Positions 31,432 to 38,961 of a stretch of 57,997 bases of DNA are shown piece by piece. Where the stretch lies: positions 1 through 57,997 of the forward strand of contig JAQGDQ010002416.1 in the NCBI GenBank assembly GCA_030141605.1, written 5' to 3'. Below the pieces are notes generated by a model. That model did no database searches. It had not been told where the DNA came from and worked only from the letters and a program-made list of their open reading frames with translations. Position 1 is the first letter of the stretch. Every line of letters begins with the position of its first letter. This DNA is from Tubiluchus corallicola. Taxonomy: Eukaryota; Animalia; Priapulida. The translations under genes were made by a program, and so were the position numbers.

Positions 31432-31558
31432 GTTTGTAAAAACTGGTAATTTTTAATTCCCACAAGAATAGTAAGTATAGCAAGGGCTGTATTTATTTGT
31501 GGGAAGGGTATACCAGTACCTTACAAACGGATAAGTTACAGTTCCTTGCTTATTTTTT
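31432..31558 (+). ncRNA. Candidate structured RNA or cis-regulatory leader
   Basis: Nested complementary pairs GTTTGTAA/TTACAAAC, ACTGGTA/TACCAGT and TTCCCACAA/TTGTGGGAA, plus a crossing pair AGCAAGGGCTGTA/TACAGTTCCTTGCT followed by a T-tract. Confidence 0.55.
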
Positions 31559-31619
31559 GTCCACACTTTTTTATCTTCTTTGGAACTGGGGAGAGTAAAA
31601 CTAAAACATTACTCTACTT

Positions 31620-31835
31620 ATGAAAAAAAAAGAAGAACATCCCCCCAACATTCAACTCCTTATCAAACTACTCTATGCACGAATAGCAGAAATTAACCTC
31701 TGCATAAAACAGACCTCCGACAACAAAACACAACGCTACCTACAAGAACTCAAAGACATTTACAAACTGGATATAGGCAACCTCACCTATTTTCTTACCC
31801 AATACATCATCATCAAACACAAAAAGAAACAATAA
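31620..31835 (+). CDS. Small hypothetical protein (71 aa)
   Basis: ATG-started ORF downstream of the structured leader; no recognisable motif. Confidence 0.45.
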   Translation: MKKKEEHPPNIQLLIKLLYARIAEINLCIKQTSDNKTQRYLQELKDIYKLDIGNLTYFLTQYIIIKHKKKQ

Positions 31836-31855
31836 ACCCCTAAAACCCCTAACCT

Positions 31856-32077
31856 ATGAACCTCAAAAAAGAAATAAAACGAATAGATACTATTATAGAT
31901 TGTTTAGAATTTATATTACAACTACAAGAACGCTGTATATCCACCCAACCCTTACAAGGCCTTATAATGAAATACTTTATTGCAAACTATAAGCTAAATA
32001 CGGAGGAAATAGACGAACTTTTTGCACCCGATACACAATATTTGCTACAACTATATAAACAGGTAGAGAAGGAATAA
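31856..32077 (+). CDS. Small hypothetical protein (73 aa)
   Basis: ATG-started ORF 20 nt after the previous one; looks helical, no motif. Confidence 0.5.
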   Translation: MNLKKEIKRIDTIIDCLEFILQLQERCISTQPLQGLIMKYFIANYKLNTEEIDELFAPDTQYLLQLYKQVEKE

Positions 32078-32107
32078 AAAATGTTTTAAAAAAATGCTTT
32101 ATATATA

Positions 32108-32308
32108 TTTGTAAACTACAAAATAAACATAAAACTTGTAAAGCAAAAAAACACCGACTTTGATGCCTTAACATTGGAAGAACAAAAGAAAATACTAACA
32201 AACATCTTTGACAAAAACCAAATGTGCGTAAGCTACAGCGAAAGAGACGACAAAGTTTTCAACGTTACAGAAGAAGAGAAAAAACATAGCAAAGCATTTT
32301 ACAATTAA
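32108..32308 (+). pseudogene. C-terminal relic of a type III R-M Mod (DNA methyltransferase) gene
   Basis: Manual translation FVNYKINIKLVKQKNTDFDALTLEEQKKILTNIFDKNQMCVSYSERDDKVFNVTEEEKKHSKAFYN* resembles the LSLEEQK..LDKNQLYVNYSE..FY tail of Mod proteins. In-frame stop upstream at 32087. Confidence 0.65.
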
Positions 32309-32314
32309 ACAACA

Positions 32315-33331
32315 ATGACAGATAAACCCGTAAAATATAGCGATGAACTAAGTGAATTTATACTATACACCACCCCCAATGGAGATGTAAGAGTAAATGT
32401 ATATATCCACAACGAGACAATATGGCTTACACAAAAGTCTATATCAGCATTATTTAATGTGGGCATTCCTGCAATTAGTAAACACTTAAATAATATTTTT
32501 GAAAGTGGAGAACTAAAGGAAAAGTCAGTTGTTTCCATTTTGGAAACAACTGCCTCCGATGGTAAAACCTATAATACAAAATTTTATAACCTTGATGCTA
32601 TCATTTCAGTAGGTTATAGAGTAAATAGCCAAAGAGCCACACAATTTAGAATATGGGCAACGCAAACATTAAAAGAGTATATCATAAAAGGCTTTGCTAT
32701 AGATGATGACAGACTAAAAAACAACTCTACTTTACTGGGCAAAGACTATTTTAAAGAACTATTAGAGAGAATACGTTCTATACGCACAAGTGAAAGACGT
32801 ATATACCAACAAATAACCGATATATTTAGAGAATGTAGTATAGACTATGATAAAAACTCAACAATAACAAAAAACTTCTATGCCAATGTTCAAAATAAAT
32901 TTCACTATGCTATACACGGAAATACTGCGGGAGAACTAATATACAAAAGAGTAGATAGCAAAAAAGATAATATGGGACTTAGAACTTGGAAGAACTCACC
33001 AGATGGAAGAATTTTGAAAAGCGATACCACCATAGCCAAAAATTATTTAAACGAAAAAGAGATTAAAAGATTAGAAAGAACAGTATCAGGCTATTTTGAT
33101 TATTTAGAAAACTTAGTAGAAAACAGAGTTACCCTTAAAATGGAAGACTTAAAAAAGAGTGTAAATAAGTTTCTAGACTTCAATGAGTATAAAATATTAG
33201 ATGGACTGGGTAAAATCTCCAAAGAGCAAGCAGATAGTAAAGCAAATAAAGAGTATGATGTATTTAACAAAACACAAAAGATAGTCTCAGACTTTGACAA
33301 AATGATAAAAAAGTTAAACAAAAAAACATAA
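32315..33331 (+). CDS. rhuM: RhuM-family protein
   Basis: ETIWLTQK, YNLDAIISVGYRVNS, ATQFRIWAT, DYFKELLERIRSIRTSERR and VQNKFHYA. Confidence 0.9.
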   Translation: MTDKPVKYSDELSEFILYTTPNGDVRVNVYIHNETIWLTQKSISALFNVGIPAISKHLNNIFESGELKEKSVVSILETTASDGKTYNTKFYNLDAIISVGYRVNSQRATQFRIWATQTLKEYIIKGFAIDDDRLKNNSTLLGKDYFKELLERIRSIRTSERRIYQQITDIFRECSIDYDKNSTITKNFYANVQNKFHYAIHGNTAGELIYKRVDSKKDNMGLRTWKNSPDGRILKSDTTIAKNYLNEKEIKRLERTVSGYFDYLENLVENRVTLKMEDLKKSVNKFLDFNEYKILDGLGKISKEQADSKANKEYDVFNKTQKIVSDFDKMIKKLNKKT

Positions 33332-33400
33332 GCTATAACGAACGACACACTATTCAACATTACCCAAGAAGAGAAAAAACACAGCAAAGAGTTTTACTCG
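33331..33400 (+). pseudogene. Second, frameshifted relic of the Mod C-terminus
   Basis: SYNERH / LFNITQEEKKHSKEFY; a diverged copy of about 32231-32302. Confidence 0.55.
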
Positions 33401-33402
33401 TT

Positions 33403-33792
33403 ACCCAAAAACTCATAGCAGAGCTATTTCAAAAGTCCAAATCTACCATCAACGAGCATATCAAAAATCTATTTCAAGAAGGAGAATTAGAAGAACTTTC
33501 AGTTGTTCGGAAATTCCGAACAACTGCCTCTGATGGCAAAGATTATGGCACTCTATATTACAACTTAGATGTTATCATTGCAGTAGGCTACAGAGTAAAA
33601 TCTCCACAGGGTATTCATTTTAGAAAATGGGCAACCCAGCGCTTAAAAGAATATATAGTCAAAGGCTTTGTAATAGATGATGAACGTTTAAAAAACCCTG
33701 ACTTTCCTTTTGACTATTTTGAAGAGCTATTAAAGCGAATACAAGATATTTTTATAGCATACAAAAAAGAGAAAGCTTTAAAGAGGAACTAA
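33403..33792 (+). pseudogene. Truncated second rhuM with no start codon
   Basis: Manual translation TQKLIAELFQKSKSTINEHIKNLFQEGEL...YNLDVIIAVGYRVKS..FRKWATQRLKEYIVKGF..DYFEELLKRIQDI. No ATG after the in-frame stop at 33295; C-terminal half missing. Confidence 0.85.
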
Positions 33793-33927
33793 GAAAGGTT
33801 TAGACACCAAACAACCTAATACATCAATAGTTTAAAAATAAAATACTGAAATTTGTTGAATTCTCGCTAATTTCAAAATACTCTATTATGTTCAAAAAAT
33901 TAGTAATTATTTAGCTCTTATTAAGCT

Positions 33928-34091
33928 CTCTGTTAATTAGTCATACTGCGGCTTGTAGCAGATTTTAGTAAATTTAGTAGTTTTTTCTTGGTCTTGCAAC
34001 CTCTCTTGTTAATGGATGTACTCTACGTTTCAGAAGATTTAACAAGTTTTTTTAGTAAAAAATCCTCTTGTTAATAGGTATACTCTACGTT
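33928..34091. repeat. Degenerate direct repeats CTCTTGTTAAT-N5-TACTCTACGTT
   Basis: Copies at 34003-34029 and 34065-34091 (period 62), with a weaker copy from 33928. Confidence 0.65.
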
Positions 34092-34236
34092 GTAAAAGAA
34101 ATTGCGTTTTTTATGATTGTTAAAGAAAAAAGGAAAATATCCCTATATTTCTAATAATTCTATCCTAAAAATAAAAACAGGAAGAGACATCAAAAAGAAC
34201 AACATTAACAAACAACTAACAAACGAAAAAACAAGA

Positions 34237-34373
34237 ATAATAGCAATAAACATAGTAGAAACAAGCACCTTAATAAGCAAAAAGGGCAAACAAAAAAACA
34301 GGCATAATAGCAATAAACATAGTAGAAACAAACACCCTTAATAAGCAAAAAGGGCAAACAAAGGGCAAACAAA
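34237..34373. repeat. ~58-bp direct repeat with period 67, ending in tandem AGGGCAAACAA
   Basis: ATAATAGCAATAAACATAGTAGAAACAA(G/A)CACC(C)TTAATAAGCAAAAAGGGCAAACAAA at 34237 and 34304, with an extra AGGGCAAACAAA at 34362. Confidence 0.8.
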
Positions 34374-34578
34374 AAGAAAAAACAATAGGAAGAAAGAAAT
34401 ATTACAGAACCTATAATCTAAGAAAAATAAAAGTTTAGATACTTACAAAGTATTGTAGTATTAACAAATAGGAATGTTATTTTTTATTTAAGCTCTAATC
34501 AAACTACTTTAAATTATTTTAGTATTAAAAGTTCTACAAATAGAAAATATTGTAAGTAGAGAGAAATGCAATCAAAAT

Positions 34579-34600
34579 TCGCCCCTATGCTCGCCCCTAT
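34579..34600. repeat. TCGCCCCTAT x2 (period 12), possible integrase arm-type sites
   Basis: Exact 10-bp direct repeat about 55 nt from the tRNA 3' end, in an otherwise AT-rich region. Confidence 0.55.
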
Positions 34601-34607
34601 AAAGAAA

Positions 34608-34640
34608 AAATTCCTATAAGTATTTGTCTTACAGGAATTT
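34608..34640 (-). terminator. Terminator downstream of tRNA-Phe
   Basis: Minus strand AAATTCCTGTAAG-7nt-CTTATAGGAATTT (one G-U pair) followed by a T-tract. Confidence 0.7.
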
Positions 34641-34654
34641 AATTTTCATTTATG

Positions 34655-34727
34655 TGGTACCACCTGGAATCGAACCAGGGACACAAGGATTTTCAGTCCT
34701 TTGCTCTACCAACTGAGCTATGGCACC
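34655..34727 (-). tRNA. tRNA-Phe (GAA)
   Basis: Reverse complement GGTGCCATAGCTCAGTTGGTAGAGCAAAGGACTGAAAATCCTTGTGTCCCTGGTTCGATTCCAGGTGGTACCA folds as a cloverleaf with anticodon GAA; CCA not encoded. Confidence 0.97.
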
Positions 34728-34741
34728 TCCTAAATTTTAGG

Positions 34742-34749
34742 CAAAGGTA
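34742..34749 (-). promoter_or_regulatory. -7 promoter element of tRNA-Phe
   Basis: Minus strand TACCTTTG, 14 nt upstream of the tRNA 5' end. Confidence 0.7.
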
Positions 34750-34815
34750 AAAAAAGAATATAAAAAAAGAAAAAATAATGATTATTTTTACCTTTTATTT
34801 TTGAAAGAAAAAACA

Positions 34816-35691
34816 ATGCTAAGTAAAAAGTATATTTGTTTCAATGGGGACTATTTACCTGTAAATGAGCCTTTAATATGCACAAAAAACAGAGCTTTTA
34901 GATATGGTGATGCTATCTTTGAAACAATGTTTGCCACAGGAAGTTGTGTAATGTTTTTTGAGGAGCATTTCAAACGTTTACAAAGAGGAATAGAAATATT
35001 AAAATTGGAAAAAGACGAAAACTTCACACGAGAAAAAATATCAAGTTATATAAATAGACTATTTTACAGAAATCGTTATTTTCAAGGCACAAAAGTGCGT
35101 CTTACTGTATTTCGCAAAGATGGAGGAACATACAATCCTACAAGCAATAAACTACAGTATATAATTGAAATGGAACCATTGGAAAACGATAAATACACAT
35201 TGAACTCTAAGGGCTTAAAAACAGGGATTTTTGAAGAAGTTAAAAAACCTCTTAATGTTATTTCTACTATAAAATCAGCAAACTCTTTACTCTTTGTTTT
35301 AGCCTCTTTGTATCAACAAGATAAAGGCTGGGATGAATGTTTAATTCTTAACGAACTGGGCGAAATATGTGAAACAACCTTTTCCAATATTTTTATAGTA
35401 AAAGAAGGAACTGTAATCACTCCAAGCCTTGATAGTTACTGTCTCTCAGGAATAATGAGAAAGCAAGCAATAAACATTTTAACAAATTTAGACTATGTAG
35501 TATACGAAGATGGCAAGCTAACTATAAACGACATAAAAAATGTGGATGAAATTTTTCTGACAAATGCTATGGGAATACGCTGGGTACAATGGTTCAACAA
35601 TAAACCTTACATAAACAATGTATCTAAAAAAGTTGTAGCCGCATTGAATAAAATGATACAACCAGAAAATGAAAAACAACCTAATAGCTGA
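34816..35691 (+). CDS. Class IV aminotransferase (4-amino-4-deoxychorismate lyase-like)
   Basis: NRAFRYGDAIFETM, HFKRL, IKS, ICETTFSNIF, LSGIMR and DEIFLTNA. ATG at 34816 preferred. Confidence 0.85.
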   Translation: MLSKKYICFNGDYLPVNEPLICTKNRAFRYGDAIFETMFATGSCVMFFEEHFKRLQRGIEILKLEKDENFTREKISSYINRLFYRNRYFQGTKVRLTVFRKDGGTYNPTSNKLQYIIEMEPLENDKYTLNSKGLKTGIFEEVKKPLNVISTIKSANSLLFVLASLYQQDKGWDECLILNELGEICETTFSNIFIVKEGTVITPSLDSYCLSGIMRKQAINILTNLDYVVYEDGKLTINDIKNVDEIFLTNAMGIRWVQWFNNKPYINNVSKKVVAALNKMIQPENEKQPNS

Positions 35692-35819
35692 AAATTAAGA
35701 AAACTACTTTCACTAATTAAAAATTCTGCAAAGCAGAAAGACCGCCCTTAAAGGGTTTTGATAGAAAAACAAGAACATAAAGAATTGTAGTACTTTTTGA
35801 AAATGTAAGAAAAACACCA

Positions 35820-36536
35820 GTGGCTGAAACAATAGAAGTTCAAAATATAGGAAAAGTAAAGCTCAAAAAAAGCCGTAAAGCTAAATACTTGCGTATAAGC
35901 GTTGCTCCCATAGATGGAGTAAGGGTAACTTTTCCTTTTTATTGCACAGAAAAAGAAGTCTTAAAATTTTTATATGCTAAAAAAGACTGGGTAATAAAGA
36001 ACTTGCAAAAAGCTCAAATGCAAGAGAAAAAGCTCACTATATTCACCCCGCAGACCTCTTTTGCCACTCGCAAGCATCAACTTAGAATATGTATTACTAA
36101 TATTGCTAAACTACAATGTAAAATTACAGTAGATACTATCAATGTTTCGATTCCTCAATCTTTAAATGTAGAAGAACAAACAGTCCAAAGTTTCATACGT
36201 AAAGCCATAGAAGAAACCTTACGCATAGAAGCTAAGGAGTATTTACCACACCGTACACAGCAGCTGGCAAAAATGCATAATTTCACTTATAAAGCTTTAA
36301 AAGTAAGAAATGCTACAAGCCGTTGGGGAAGTTGTAGTTATCAAAATAGTATCAACCTTAATCTACATTTGATGCAATTGCCAGATCATCTTATAGACTA
36401 TGTGATATTACACGAACTTTGCCACACTGTACATAAAAACCACAGCAAAGAGTTTTGGGATTTATTGCATCAAGTATCAGGTAAAGCTAAACAATTGAAC
36501 AAAGAACTCAAAACATACAGAATAAAAATTTATTGA
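35820..36536 (+). CDS. YgjP/DUF45 (M48-like) metal-dependent hydrolase
   Basis: SRWGSCS and DYVILHELCHTVHKNHSKEFW. Confidence 0.9.
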   Translation: MAETIEVQNIGKVKLKKSRKAKYLRISVAPIDGVRVTFPFYCTEKEVLKFLYAKKDWVIKNLQKAQMQEKKLTIFTPQTSFATRKHQLRICITNIAKLQCKITVDTINVSIPQSLNVEEQTVQSFIRKAIEETLRIEAKEYLPHRTQQLAKMHNFTYKALKVRNATSRWGSCSYQNSINLNLHLMQLPDHLIDYVILHELCHTVHKNHSKEFWDLLHQVSGKAKQLNKELKTYRIKIY

Positions 36537-36581
36537 TTTTTAGCTCTGCCACTATTTTATTGCCAAAAGTAACTACCTACC

Positions 36582-37748
36582 TTACATATCTACCTGCTTC
36601 ACAGCCCTTGTTCCATAAAAAGACACAAACAAAAAGTATATAGCACATATGGTTAATACATAAATAGCAGCAACACTACCCCAAAGTGTTGAGGCTTGTC
36701 CTATTATTGGGGGAATAATAGCCCCCCCGCAAATAGACAACACAACCAAACTGGACAATTCATTGACATACTGAGGATAGCGCTTAACAACTAATGCAAA
36801 TGCTAAGGGAAATATATTAGAAAAACCAACACCCGCAACGAATATCATTATTCTCGAAATATTCAAGTTATGGGTAAAGATTAAACCTGCCAAACCTATT
36901 AATGTAACAATATTAGAAATAATTAAAAACCTTTTAGGTGAGATGATACGCAAAAATATACCTCCAAACAACCTTCCAATAATCAACGCTCCGAAATAAA
37001 TACTGATATACGAACTTGCTGTGTCAATATCTATTTTAAACCTCATTTTCAAGAAATGTGCAATGTTTGTATTAATACCTACATCAAATCCCACCATTAG
37101 AAATGTGCCTAAAATCATAATAGCAATAAATGGTTTTTTCAATAGGCTAATGATACTTAGGAAAGTAGCACGTTCCTTTTTCGTCTCGCTTTCTTCTATC
37201 CTTATACTTGCTAACCATACAATGGCGATAACAGATATTATTGCATAAATAGGAAAAATAAGCTTCCAATTATCAAAATAAATAGCCAGCCTTGTAGCAA
37301 TAATAGGTCCTAACATTGAGGCAATTGCCTTTACAAATTGCCCCAAACTTAAATTGGCTTCCTTATTACTTTCCGAAGAAACATCCAACAACAAAGGATT
37401 AGCTGAAACTTGTATTATAGTGTTTCCAATACCTAAAATGGCAAAACCTATAAACACCATAGCCAAAGAATAACTAATAATAGGTAAAGCTACTCCTAAT
37501 GCCGTTAGTCCTATGCCAATATTTAATGCCAACTGTTTGCCCTTTTTATCTTGAAATATTCCAGTTGGAATAGAAATAAGAGCAAACCAAACAAATACCA
37601 TACTAGGTAACAGTTGAGCTGCAGCATTAGAAAGTTGAAAATCTCTTTGAATATATTCTTTTGCCACTCCAATCACATCAACAAATCCCATAACATAAAA
37701 CGACATTAAAACGGGAAATAAGTACTTTAAGGACTGTTTGTTTTTCAT
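36582..37748 (-). CDS. MFS sugar transporter (FucP/GluP-like)
   Basis: About 12 TM segments; LGIGNTIIQVSANP, GRLFG and GGAIIP. Confidence 0.88.
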   Translation of the reverse strand: MKNKQSLKYLFPVLMSFYVMGFVDVIGVAKEYIQRDFQLSNAAAQLLPSMVFVWFALISIPTGIFQDKKGKQLALNIGIGLTALGVALPIISYSLAMVFIGFAILGIGNTIIQVSANPLLLDVSSESNKEANLSLGQFVKAIASMLGPIIATRLAIYFDNWKLIFPIYAIISVIAIVWLASIRIEESETKKERATFLSIISLLKKPFIAIMILGTFLMVGFDVGINTNIAHFLKMRFKIDIDTASSYISIYFGALIIGRLFGGIFLRIISPKRFLIISNIVTLIGLAGLIFTHNLNISRIMIFVAGVGFSNIFPLAFALVVKRYPQYVNELSSLVVLSICGGAIIPPIIGQASTLWGSVAAIYVLTICAIYFLFVSFYGTRAVKQVDM

Positions 37749-37815
37749 TTCTAAAAAATTTAATCGCTACTTTCTTAAATTAAGTGTTGTTGTTCAAACA
37801 ATGAACTTACTACTA

Positions 37816-38928
37816 CTATTTTAAAATTTTATCCATAGGCACTCTAAAAAAACGCGGTCTATATATTGTTGCATCTTCAAAAACTTCTGGCACTCTTAGC
37901 GAATTCACATTATAGCAAATCAACAACTGACCATTATCTATATATTGAGGGTGTGCCATAGTATTGTAAGTAAACACTGTATTGCTGTTATCCTGTTCTA
38001 CTGTTCTATATACCAATTGTTTATTCTCCCATTTTCCATAAGGTGTATCAGAAGTAAACGTATATATCTCTGGTTCGCCAATACCTCTTTTTTGAGTTAG
38101 TAAAACATACTTACCTTTATGTTCAAATACTGTAAATTGCTCAGATACACTAACATCTAAGCCTTTCATTGGCTTGGTATCTGCTGCATTTTCAGACCAG
38201 CCATCACCTGTGTAGAATTCAAAATCGGTTAGGTAATTCTTCTTATCATCCACTTTGGCTCTAATAACGTGTGCCTTTGCTACTCCACCTGTGTGTGTCC
38301 CCTCATCTACCCTTGTTCCATAGATATAAACATAAGTACCATCCTCTAAGACTGCGTGTCCATTATGCACATTATTTTCATCGGTATATGGAAATTTTTC
38401 TTGTGAAATAATCTCGAAGTTAGGCAGCTTAAAACGTAAATAATCTGTTCCTATAAACTTAAATCCCCATTGCTCATCTTCTTTATTAGGCCAATGAAAT
38501 TTAGACATAAAAAGATGTAGAATGTTGTTTTTCACAAAACCGTGTCCGGGCCAATACCAGCTACCTGTTTCTTCTTCGTCTTCGGTTTTCACAAATGTTT
38601 CTGGTTCATCGTAAGTGCCTTGATAAAGAGGTGTTACAAACTTAGTATCCTCGCTTACTACAATAAACGTATTATTTATCATAACAGTAGAAGTATCTCG
38701 TTGTTCATCTGTTATTTCTCCTAAGAAAGAATCGCCCATAAGAAAAACAGAGCGTCCATCGGGCAAGGCAATAGAAATACCTCCATCTGCTCCTGTTACT
38801 CCATTAGAATTTGGAGAAAATAGTTGAGTGAAATGTTTATCAAACACTGCCTCACTCTCTTTTTTCGCTTCACAAGCTATAAGAAAAAAACATATTGCTA
38901 CCACATAAAACATTAGATAATTTTTCAT
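37816..38928 (-). CDS. DUF5005/DUF4185-like lipoprotein (putative beta-propeller glycan-active protein)
   Basis: Lipobox IAC, GADGGISIALPDGRSVFLMGDSF, WYWPGHG, TYNTMAHP and YRPRF. Confidence 0.65.
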   Translation of the reverse strand: MKNYLMFYVVAICFFLIACEAKKESEAVFDKHFTQLFSPNSNGVTGADGGISIALPDGRSVFLMGDSFLGEITDEQRDTSTVMINNTFIVVSEDTKFVTPLYQGTYDEPETFVKTEDEEETGSWYWPGHGFVKNNILHLFMSKFHWPNKEDEQWGFKFIGTDYLRFKLPNFEIISQEKFPYTDENNVHNGHAVLEDGTYVYIYGTRVDEGTHTGGVAKAHVIRAKVDDKKNYLTDFEFYTGDGWSENAADTKPMKGLDVSVSEQFTVFEHKGKYVLLTQKRGIGEPEIYTFTSDTPYGKWENKQLVYRTVEQDNSNTVFTYNTMAHPQYIDNGQLLICYNVNSLRVPEVFEDATIYRPRFFRVPMDKILK

Positions 38929-38961
38929 TTCTTATCATTTTTAGAATTAATACTTAAAATC

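Larger units (their letters stand above)
24600..34654. mobile_element. Degraded defence/genomic island next to the 3' end of tRNA-Phe; boundaries approximate
   Basis: R-M and rhuM cargo, gene relics, A/C-skewed composition and short direct repeats beside the tRNA. No integrase or duplicated att site seen. Confidence 0.55.

Noticed and set aside
34117-34341. Short ORFs on both strands
   Set aside because: They are translations of the A-rich direct repeats and show no protein-like features.
33900-34400. CRISPR array
   Set aside because: Only 2-3 degenerate copies per repeat family, irregular spacing and no cas genes; reported as repeats only.
35820-36536. YgjP-like gene as part of the type I R-M island
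   Set aside because: Such genes often follow hsdR, but this one lies beyond the tRNA and the aminotransferase gene, outside the island.
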